From NCBI RefSeq assembly GCF_963921235.1, contig NC_086108.1, positions 39,744,001 through 39,808,000 on the forward strand: 64,000 nucleotides of DNA, in the 5' to 3' direction. Positions within the stretch are counted from its first letter, which is position 1, and the number at the start of each line of letters is the position of its first letter. Under the pieces are notes generated by a model. The model saw nothing but the letters and a program-made list of their open reading frames with translations, was not told the origin of the DNA and did not search any database. This document shows, piece after piece, positions 12,646-22,596 of the stretch. This DNA is from Mobula hypostoma (lineage: Eukaryota). The translations under genes and the position numbers were made by a program.

Positions 12646-15600
12646 CACCATTATCCCTGCTAGTGTCCTCTTCCAATCAACTTTGGCTAAAGCCTCTCTC
12701 GTGCCTCTGCAGTTCCCTACACTCCACTGTAGTAGTGATACGTATGACTTTAGATTCTCCCTCTCAAATTGGAGGGTGATTTCTATCATATGATCACTGC
12801 CTCCTTAGGGTTCCTTTACCTTAAGATCCATAATCAAATCTGATTCATTACACAACACTTAATCCAGAATAGCTGATCTCTTTGTGGGCCTAACCACATG
12901 CTGCTCCACAAATTCATCTTGTAGACATTCTACAAATTCTTTCTCTTGGGAACCAAAATCTGCAGCAACCTGAATTCCCCAATCTACCTACATATTAAAA
13001 TTCCCCATGACATTGCCCTTATAGCATGCATTTTCTATATCCTGCTGATATTTGTAGGCCACATCCTGACTTCTGTTAGGAGATCTGTATCAGGGTCTTT
13101 TTACATTTGCAGTTTCTTAATTCTACCCATAAAGATGTACTTCTTCCAAACCTATGTTACCTCTTTTTAAGCATTTGAATTCACTGTTTTCTTTACCAAC
13201 TGGACCATTCACACCCTCTGCCTACCTGTCTGTCCTTTTGATACAGTGTCCATCCTTGAATGTTCCCAAATGTAATCTATCAGTCATGAGTCCATGATGC
13301 CCACAATGTCATACTTGCCAATCTCTAATTGCGTTACAAGATTGTCTCCTTATTCTGTTTACTGTGCATTCAAATATTACACCTTCACTTCTGTTTTTGT
13401 TACCTTTTTTGATTTTTGTCACCCTTTTCGATTTTTGTCCCCGTTGTACTGCAACTCATCCCACTGACTACAATTTTACTGTATCATCTGCCTGTCCTTC
13501 CTGACAGTCTCACTGCACACTGTCTCTGCTTGTATACCAACTGCTCCATTCTCTGCCCTATCACTCAGGTTCTCATCCATCTGCCAAATTAATTTAAATC
13601 TTCTCCAACAGTTCCAGCAAACCTGTCTGTTATTATATTAGTTCCCCTCGGGTTCAGGTGTAATCCGATCCTTTTGTACAGGTCATACCTTCCCCAGAAG
13701 AAATGCCAATAATCCAAAAATCTGAAGCTCTAAGCTCTGCACCCTGCACCGGTTCCTCAGCCATGCATTCAGCAGCCAAACCATTCTATTCTTACCCTCA
13801 CCTGCTCCACTCCTCCAACTGTGGATTCTGGTATAACAACTTCAGTCGTCTTCCCCACTTCCTTTCTGAGCCTCAATGCCAGAGACCTGGTTGCTGTGGT
13901 TTCCAGAGATTACTGCCCCGGAAGTCTAGCTTTTCAGCTTTCTACCTAACTCCTGAAATTCTGTCTTTAATACTTCCTCCCTTTACTTACCTATGTCATT
14001 GGTGCCAATATGTACGGAGACATCTGGCTGCTCACCCTCTCCCTGTAGAATGCCATGGACCCGATCTGAAGTGTCCCTGACCCTGGCGCCTGGGAGGACA
14101 CATACCATTCAGGTGTCTCTGTTGTGCCCACATAATCTCTTGTCCACTCCTCCAAACGTGGATTCTCCTATCACTACTTCAGTTGTCTTCCCCACTTCCT
14201 TTCTGAGTCGCAATGCCAGAGACCTGGTTGCCGTGTTTTCTTCCTGTTTTCCACTCTACCTCGCCCCCTCGTGGCATACTTAAATTCAGACAGGGCTCTA
14301 GTTCATTACAAGGAGGCCAGGAAGGCTCTTCAACCTAGACTTAAGAGAGTAGAAGGGGACAGGAGAAGGCCTTAACGAGTATGTTTAGGGAAAACTCCAA
14401 GGCATTCTACACATATGTGAGGAACAGGAGGATAACAAGAGTGAGGGTAGGACTGATCAGGGGTAAAAGAGGAAATATATGCCTGGAGTTGGAGAAGATA
14501 GGGAAGATCCTTAATGAATATTTCAGTATTCACCGGTGAGAGGGCCCTTGACAAATATGAGATAAGTATAGAGCAGGCTGATAAGCTGGAACGTGTCAGC
14601 ATTAAGAAAGAGGATGTACTGAATATAATGAAAAATATTAGGATACGTAAGTTCCCAGGGCAGGATGGGTTATATCCCAGGGTACTACGAGAAGCAAGAG
14701 AAGTGTTTGCTGCATCTTTAGCGATGGATTTTGTGTCCTCACTGACCACATGGGTAGTGCCAGAGGATTGGAGGGGGACAAACGTTATTCTTTTGTTCAA
14801 GAAATATAATAGGGATAACTCTGGGAATTATAGACGAGTGAGCCTTTTGTTAGTGGTGGACAACTTTTCGAGAGGGTTCCTAGGGACAGAACTTAATGAG
14901 TATTTGGAAAAGCATAGTCTGAATAGAGATAGCTGACAGGACTTTCTGAGAGACAGGCCGTGCCTCACAAGTCTTGATTGAATTCTTTGAGGAAATGTCA
15001 AACAAATTAATGAAGGCAGAGTAGAGGATGGGCTGTATATGGATATTAGAATGGCATTTCAGAAGGTTCCATTTGGTGGGTTCATTCAGAAAGTGAGGAA
15101 GTATAAGATCCAGGGAAACTTGACTTTGAGGATGCAGAATTTGCTTGACCATGGTAGATGGAGCATATTTTGCTTGGAGGGCAGTGACCAGTAGTTTTCC
15201 ACAGGGATCTGTTCTGGGGCTTGTGCTGTTTGTGATTTTTATAAATGACTTGAATGAAGAAGTGGAAGGATAGATTTTTAAGTTTGCACAAAAGATTGGT
15301 TGGGTTTTGTATAGTGTAGATTGTTGTCCTAGGTTACAATAGGACATTGATAGGATGCAGAGCTGGGCTGAGAAGTAGCAGATGTAGTTCAATCTGGAAA
15401 AGTATGACTTTGGGGGGAAGACTCTGGTTAGACTATACAGGTTTCCCCCGCCATCCGAAGGTAGAGCGTTCCTGTGAAACGGTTCGTAAGCTGAAATGTC
15501 ATAAAGCGTAGAAGCAATTACCATTTATTTATATGGGAAAATTTTGTGAGCGTTCGCAGACCCAAAAATAACCTACCAAATCATGCCAAATAACACATAA

Positions 15601-15860
15601 AACCTAAAATAACAGTAACATATAGTAAAAGCAGGAATGATATGATAAATACACAGCCTATATAAAGTAGAAATACTTCTCTACAACGATTGCCTGCACA
15701 GATCTCCGTAGCGAAAATCTCACGTAAGCGCTCTCGGCAGAAAATCTCATGCAAGCGCTGTTGGCATAAACGCGCTCTCCAGTAACCTTTAAACTATGAA
15801 GCTGCCAAATCTACCAAATAACACGTAAAAATACACAGCCTATATAAAGTAGAAATAATG

Positions 15861-16541
15861 TGTAAGGGGGTTTCGTCTTTTACTGCGTAGGCTAATTAAA
15901 ATGGCTTCTTTGTCATGTTATACTGGGGAATGCTTCTTTGTTATGTTAAATGCTGAGAAAGTCTCTAGCTAGACAGTTGCTTGGGTTAATACAGATAGCA
16001 GGGTGCTATTAACCAATTGAGATAGTTGTTATGATCTTGGTGTATCTGGGAGATTTGTATGTGCGGGGTTTTGGGGCAGAAGGCAGGAGAGCGAGTCAGA
16101 GGATGGTGCTGTGATGTCCGCTAACGGGGTCGGACCCCGAGGAGGGCGTTCGGCGAGGAGACAGAGACGGACTCATGTAGAGTGTCTGGTCGACCACCGT
16201 TGTGGGTCCCATGTGGCCGGTCGAGGTGGTCCGAGGGGTCGCAGGGTGAAGAAGAAGGTTCTTGAGCTCCAACTGTTTTGTGCACGAAGAGATTGAACTT
16301 TGCTAAGTGTGGTGCCTTTTATTTTCCTTTTATATTTTATTCTCTATTAATTATATAGTTCCAGTAATATCTATAAACTGTAAATCATTTAATGGTATCT
16401 GGTGTATTGTCTGTTATTTGGACGGGGTGGGATACATCACACAGCATCCACACAAACTAATTACCCAGTTTGGCGGAGGCGAGGGTTATTTCCCTAGACG
16501 ACAGCGAGCTGAGCGACCCTGAGGCTGACCGGGGGGCTACA
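15861..16541. mobile_element. Solo LTR (Gypsy-like), 681 bp
   Basis: TGTA...TACA termini; 4-bp TSD AATG at 15857-60 and 16542-45. The uninterrupted target (GAAATAATGTATGTACAG) is visible in the sister Tigger copy at about 32357-32374. No coding motif. Confidence 0.85.
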
Positions 16542-16689
16542 AATGAATGTACAGTGTAGTATCACTTACGGGAATTGGGACGACATCGAGCACACTGATG
16601 ATGGTGTGTTAGACTGACTTGTCGCAGGTTGGGATGGTGCAGTGGCCCCCACCCTCTGGGCCGCTGATTGATACATTGCCGCGAAGCAC

Positions 16690-16923
16690 GCAGGGGTAGC
16701 CGGGAGGCACACAGCACATCTTTAAGAAAAAAGCCGAAATAAACATGCTAATTAATTAGGTGCTGCCCAGCACGTAAATGTTGGCGCAGATCAGAGGCGA
16801 TTGCCGATTGCATCGGCACTGATCTGGGCCGACAATTACGTGCTAGGCGGCACCTAATTAATTAGCATGTTTATGTTGGCTTTTTTCTTAAAGATGTGCT
16901 GTGTGCCTCCCCGCTACCCCTGC
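16690..16923. repeat. Long imperfect palindrome (about 112-bp arms, about 10-nt loop)
   Basis: GCAGGGGTAGC...CTAATTAATTAGGTGC...GATCAGAGGCGAT pairs with ATCGGCACTGATC...GCACCTAATTAATTAG...GCTACCCCTGC. Confidence 0.93.
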
Positions 16924-17400
16924 ATTTTCCGCGAATCGGTACAGTATCTGTCTGGGGCCCGGGGGTTGGGGTGGTGGGACATGGGGGTGTTATCTCATCG
17001 TCGATCAGGGCAGGCAGCTCATCTTCTCCTATGACTGCCGACCTCGATGTTGAAGGTCGAGGTTCGTCGTCTGCTGTGGCTGATGTGGAAGGCTTGCTTG
17101 ACTGCTGAGCCTCACGCATTTTTATATCACACAGTTCTTTGTAAGGACTCAAAACATCCTGCAAATATCCCCTAAACCTACGTACCCTTTCAAAATTAAA
17201 GTGGTACTTTATCATTGCAGCGAAAGTCTCACGCAGTTGGTTCGCTTTCTGCATTCAGTTTCAATTATTATCCTTTCCTCTTCCAATTGCATCAGCTCTT
17301 CATCTATCAGTTCTTGGTCATGGGATGCCAAAACCTCTTCAACATCATCTTCGTCAGCTTCCACAAGCCAAACTCACTTCGTCCTTGCTTCGTTCACCAC
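16871..17400 (-). pseudogene. Tigger/TIGD-type transposase C-terminal remnant
   Basis: Minus-strand translations EADEDDVEEVLASHDQELIDEELMQLEEE and NFERVRRFRGYLQDVLSPYKEL match the acidic C-terminal region of Tigger transposases. No DDD domain retained. Confidence 0.75.
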
Positions 17401-17407
17401 GATCGAA

Positions 17408-17703
17408 ACAATAGACAATAGGTGCAGGAGTAGACCATTCGGCCCTTCGAGCCAGCACCGCCATTCACTGTGATCATGGCTGATCATCCACTATCAGTAT
17501 CCAGTTCCTGCCCTATCCCCATAACCTTTGATTCCGCTATCTTTAAGAGCTCTATCCATCTCTTTTTTGAAAGCATTCAGAGACTTGGCCTCCACAGCCT
17601 GCTGGGACAGAGCATTCCATATATCCACCACTCTGTGGGTGAAAAAGTTTTTCCTCAACTCCGTTCTAAATGGCCTACCCCTAATTCTTAAACTGTGGCC
17701 TCT
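17408..17703 (-). mobile_element. CR1 3'-end fragment nested in the Tigger element
   Basis: ORF 17494..17718 (-) GHSLRIRGRPFRTELRKNFFTHRVVDIWNAL; tail ACAATAGACAATAG. Confidence 0.88.
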
Positions 17704-19439
17704 TTTATGCCCCCTCATATAACACCCTTACGAGCTCTTTCAGGCTTTTCCGACACCTTAGAACTCATCTTGTAAACGGCTGCTCACAGGCTCGTGATTA
17801 AGCAATGCCATTCCGAATCCGGGGGAGAGCGGCTGCTCGGAGTGCGCGCTGCCTTTTATTGCGTGCTGCCTTTCTTCGTAACAGTGAAAACACCTTCTGA
17901 AAGGGAAAACAAGGTACTAATGTAGGTCTTTCATAACAGTGAGGTTTCGTAAAGCGAACGTTCGAAAAGCAGGGGACACCTGTACTTGGAATATTGTGCT
18001 CAGTTCTTGTTGCCTCATTGTAGTAGGATGGATGGTGAAACTTTAGAGAATATGCAGAGGATTTACCAAGAATGTTCCTGGATTAGAGAGCATGTCTTGG
18101 GATAGGTAGAATGAGTTGGAGGTTTTCTCTTTGGAGCGAAGGAGGGTGACAGGTAGCTTGATAGAAGGGTACAGGAAGCATGGATAAAGCAAGCTGGAGA
18201 CCTTTTCCCAGGGTGGAAATGTCTAATATGAGGGGGCATAATTTCAAGCTGTTTAGAGGAATGTACAGGAGGGATGTCAGGTTTTTACAGAGTGGTAGGT
18301 GCGTCAAACGTGCTGCCGAACGTTGTGGTAGAGGCAGCATTAAAGACACTTAAGAGGTTCTTTGATAGGCACATGGATGAAAGAGAAATAGAGGGCTATG
18401 TGGGAGGAAGGAGAGATCAATTTTAGAGGAGGTTAGAGTCAGCACAGTATCATGGGCCAGATGCACGTAAGAGTAATGTTCTATGTCGTTTATTCAACAT
18501 TGTTTACTTGCCAACTAAAAAGGATTGTTTCCTATTGTGTAACGTTTCTGTGATCATGATGCCCTTCATCTTGGATATAAGACTGGAATCTTAGCCAGTC
18601 AGTAGTCCACTTAGTCCAGTCAGCAGATTATGTGCTTCAACCTTCTATTTTAAGATGTGGTCACAAAGAACCAGATCATAGTTGCATGGAGGCATTTCTG
18701 CACTGTTGGGATGTACAGTAGATGAGATGGTGAACTAGGATCCATTTGCCCTTGCAGTGGTTTCAATAATCTTATTATGAAGCAGTAGATTTCAGCTAGT
18801 TGTGTTCAATGGTTGTTTCAACCAACAAGACTATAGTGTTTCTCTGAATAAATCAGCACCTTTCTTTTTCTTTCAATCTGTTTTTCTTTATGCTTGCAGT
18901 TTCATGTGATGAAAGGTCACAATTAAGGCCTTTTTTTTGTAGAAATGCAAACCCCCACCCCCATCGCATGAGTCAGGAGTCACACGCAGTAACATTTTTT
19001 TCTGTGAATTTTCACTGATGCTGCTGTGAAGGCAATACTCTATATAACTGCTGGGAGATTTCAGTTGCATGAATGAAACTGAGAATATATGCCAGTACAA
19101 TCCAAGGAAGCAAAGTTCTTTCAAGATTTGGAGTTTTCTGTTTACAAATAATCAATAATGAAGTGAGATACAAGTCATGTCATTAAAGATAAAGGTTTAA
19201 CAATAGATGGTTTACCTTTTAAGTGATAACTGTGGCCATTGCTACTTTAAGAGCAGCAATGTGTTCAGTGTTGAGTGTTGGTGAACATTCTTGCACTGTT
19301 ATAATTTTTTGGTTCTTTGGTTCACATTTCAATATGATCACTTTACTGATTGAAACATAAGTTGTGAATTCTTTTGCAGTATCAGACTTGTCTGCAATTA
19401 ATGATACTTAGCAACTATTTTTGCATCCTGCTTCCTGCA

Positions 19440-21100
19440 CCCAAGCTGAGCATGTCGACCATCAACTTTTCTTCCAATTTCTGATCCATTTCTGACACCT
19501 TCCTTTCCTTTCTCAATCTCTGTCTCTGAAGACAGCTTATCTACCGCTATTATAAATCCATTGACTCTCACAGCTACCTGGACTATACCTCTTCCCACCC
19601 TGTTACTTGTAAAAAAAAAACCACTTCCTTTTCTGAATTCCTCTGTCTCCTCCACATCTGCTCTCAGACTGAGGCTTTTCATTCCAGAACTAAGGAGATG
19701 TCCTCCTTCAAAGAAAGGGGCTTCCCTTCCTCCTCCTCCTCCATCATCAACGCTGCCCTCAACCGCATCTCTTCCATCTCGCACAGGTTCTTGCCTCACC
19801 CCATCCTTCCACCACCCCACTAGGGATAGAGTTCCTCTCGTCCTCACCTACCACCCCACCAGCCTCTGCATCCTGCACATAGTTCTCCGTAACTTCCACC
19901 ATCTCCAGAAGGATCCTACCACCAAGGACATCGTTTCCTCCCCCCCACTTTCTGCTTTCTGCAGGTATTGCTTTCTACACGACTCCCTCCTACTGTCCAT
20001 TCGTGCCTCCCCACTGATCTCCCTCCTGGCACTAATCCTTGCAAACAGATCAAGAGCTACACCTGCCCCTACACCTCCTTCCTCACTACGATTCAGGGCC
20101 CCAAACAGTCCTTCCAGCTGAGGTGACACTTCACCTGTGAGTTTATATCCGATGCTCCTAGTGTGGTCTCCTGTATGTTGCTAAGACCTGATGCAGATTG
20201 GGAGACCACTTCACCAAGCACCTATGCTTCGTCTGCCATAAAAATCAAGTTCTCCCAGTGGCCAGTCATTTTAATTCCACTCCCCATTCCCATTCTGATA
20301 TGTCTGTCCATGGCCTCCTCTACTGTTGGTCACAATGAGGCCACATTCGTGTTGGAGGAGCAACACCTTGTATTCCACCTGGGTAGCCTCCAACCTGATG
20401 GCATGTCCCTCCCACCCCCCCACCTTTACCATTCCCCATTCCCACTTCCCTCTCACCTTATCTGCTTATCATCTCCCTTTGGTGCTCCTCCCCCTTTTTC
20501 CATAGCCTTCTGTCCATAAGACCATAAAATATAGGAAAAGAATTAGGCCATTTGGCCATCAAGTCTGTTCTACCATTCAATCATGACTAATCCTTTTTTT
20601 AAATAGTTGACATTTTGGGCCGAGACCCTTCATCAGAACTGGAGGAAAAAAGATGAGAAATCAGAGTAAGAAGGTGGGGGGAGGGGAGGAACCAATACAA
20701 GGTAGTAAGTGATAGGTGAAACCAGGAGGGGAGGAAGGGTGAAAGCTGGGAAGTCGATTAGTAAATGAGATAAAGGGCTGAAGAAGAGGGAATCTGACAG
20801 GAAAAGACAGAAGGCCATGGAAGAAAGAGAAGGTGTCCTCTCCTATCAGATTCCCCCTTCTCCAGCCCTGTATCTCTTTCACCAATCAACTTCCCAGCTC
20901 TTTACGTGACCCTCACCCCCCCCAACCCTGGTTTTAGCTATCACCTTGCAGTTCTTCCTCCCCAACCCCCACTTTCTTACTGATTCCTCATCTTTTTTTC
21001 CGGTCCTGATGAAAGATCTCGGCTCAAAACATTGACTGTACTCTTTCCTATAGATGCTGCCTGGCCTTTTGAGTTCCTCCAGCATTAGATGTTTATTGCT
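19440..21100 (+). mobile_element. Penelope-like element (Neptune type): RT C-terminus, Cys linker, GIY-YIG remnant, terminal repeat with degenerate hammerhead
   Basis: Frameshifted DSHSYLDYTSSHP, RDRVPLVLTYHPTS, PCKQIKSYTCPYT, EEQHLVFHLGSLQPDGM; CTGATGA...CAAAAC at 21006-21030. Interrupted at 20516-20833. Confidence 0.88.
20516..20833 (-). mobile_element. Composite insert: PLE terminal-repeat fragment ending at hammerhead motif, joined to a CR1 3' tail
   Basis: 20516-20600 is a CR1 3' end (CCATAAGACCATAA tail); 20603-20833 is PLE pyrimidine-rich repeat with CTGATGA...CAAAATGTC on minus. TGTCC flanks both sides (20511-15, 20834-38). Confidence 0.7.
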
Positions 21101-21134
21101 GCCTGGCATTCAGTTTAATTGCATGAGACTTTGC

Positions 21135-21215
21135 CTCTACAGATGCCAATTGACCTATTAAGTTCCTCCAGCAGACTTTTTTTTTGCTCCAGATTCCTGT
21201 ATCTGCTGTTGCTTG
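21135..21215 (+). mobile_element. Old PLE 3' tail fragment
   Basis: AGATGCC...AGTTCCTCCAGCAG...GCTCCAGATTCC...ATCTGC resembles the PLE terminal block found elsewhere in the window. Confidence 0.55.
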
Positions 21216-21783
21216 AATAACTTTTGTTGCTTGTGCCCACTCTAATCCAAGTTTTCTCACTTTGGTGTTAAGAATACTTTTACCATGAGATGATTTGTAT
21301 TTTTAGAGTGGTAATACTTGCAAAGTGGCAGGATTTCCAAATAGCTTTTTGTAAAAAATGCTGGAAAGGAGTAGCATGTGGAATTTTGTTTTGGACAAAG
21401 CATATAATAAAACTTACCACTTGTGGATTGTTATTGCAGGTGCTATGCTGAATTGTAGGGCTAAAAATAATAGGATCAACAGTCGTCATGAAGTTAATTG
21501 AAGTACAGCTTCTAAAGTTGGCACAATTGCTTTCCCAGTGAGTTACTGTGCTGTCCAGAAGATTTCCTGTAGTGATTCAGCTGTGAAACATGAGAATGAA
21601 ATGTACTTATCTTTTGACAGCAGTTTGAAATAGAACTGCGGGGAATGGGCTGCATTTGCAACTTCCATCCCTGTGCAATGCAGCATTTAAGTGCAGATAT
21701 GCTAGAGGTCAAACGCTGGTGGCAGACTTAGCAAAAATTTCAGGGTGGAACACAAACATCCTGAGCTTGAAGGACTGTATGTG

Positions 21784-22596
21784 CGGTGGATTCTGGTTAA
21801 TCAGTTAATCAGGCAGCAACTTATTTGGGACAACTCTTTAAAGAACAAAAATGATTCGAGAAACTAGCATGATTCCTTTTTATTTGGGACATTATGCTGC
21901 CTAATTGAGACAGAAGACTATTGCCAAACAGTTTCTAACTAGCATCAGTCACGTGCACTTGAATAGCTGTTAGATTTTAAAGCAAAGAGTTTTTAAATAG
22001 CATCAGTTGCTTGTATTCAAAATCCAATGATTTTTGTCACTGATAGTGAGAAATAAGCAGGAAAATAATTCAGCACTGCTTTGTTCACTGTAGTTTCAAG
22101 CATCCAGGCTTGGAGACTCCAGAATTAACCATTAGACATTATGAAGTGAACAGTTTTCAAATAGAGTCAGTTTATGTGCTTGTGTTATGTTATTCATTTG
22201 GGCCAACAGACACCGATTCCAAAAAAAAAGTGATTTTTTTGATAATTCGTTTTTTTTTAAATTTCAACTTTAAGCAGGAAGGCAATGAGGTAGTCCATTA
22301 TGTGCACTAGTTGGCGGTGACCTCTGCTGATTTTGTTAATCAAAATAGCAGTGATGAATTCTTCCGTTGATAACTATTAGGAACTAAAACACAGTTTTAC
22401 CGCACTGTAGTAGCTTGGCAGTATTCTAATTTGCTCTGTATTTCATTTCAATGCGTAATTTGTTACTCAGTTAAATGATACTTTGTCGTTGTTATGTCTT
22501 TTAACTATTTCCATTAAACTTCAGCTAATTGGGGCAGCCACTTATTAGGGCAAAATGTACTGGTCCCGATGTGACTGAATTAACTAGAATCCACTG
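21784..22596. mobile_element. Non-autonomous Tc1/mariner-superfamily (pogo-like) DNA transposon
   Basis: TIRs CGGTGGATTCTGGTTAAT / ATTAACTAGAATCCACTG; TA at 22597-98 (left side reads TG). Confidence 0.75.

Larger units (their letters stand above)
7758..14280 (-). mobile_element. Near full-length CR1 LINE (ORF1 esterase remnant to 3' tail), interrupted by two insertions
   Basis: Tail (GACTATAA-type) at 7758-7780. RT pieces such as ORF 10741..11139 (LKVDKSPGPD, NYRPVTQT) and 11136..11417; endonuclease region about 12650-13400; ORF1 remnant about 13600-14280 similar to 45842..46309. Colinear across the inserts at 8253-10042 and 11583-12645. Confidence 0.88.
15438..17982 (-). mobile_element. Tigger/pogo-family DNA transposon (MER82-like), internally deleted, with nested inserts
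   Basis: TA target duplications at 15436-37 and 17983-84; imperfect TIRs CAGGTTTCCCCCGCCATCCGAAGGT / CAGGTGTCCCCTGCTTTTCGAACGT (reverse complement of right end); Tigger/TIGD1-like C-terminal peptide on minus strand. MER82 name is from recall. Confidence 0.88.
14283..18487 (+). mobile_element. Degenerate CR1 LINE split by a Tigger-type DNA transposon
   Basis: ORF 14514..14936 (KFPGQDGLYPRVLREA, GNYRRVSL). The coding sequence ACTCTGGTTAGAC|CTTGGAATATTGTG is continuous across the 15438-17982 insert. 3' end at about 18485. Confidence 0.87.

Noticed and set aside
18906..19018. Possible C/D-box snoRNA (GTGATGA ... CTGA)
   Set aside because: No convincing terminal stem and no recognisable rRNA/snRNA guide; such box pairs arise by chance.
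19561..20121. 186-aa Pro/Ser-rich ORF as a host gene
   Set aside because: It is a frameshift mosaic of PLE RT-linker sequence (contains RDRVPLVLTYHPTS).
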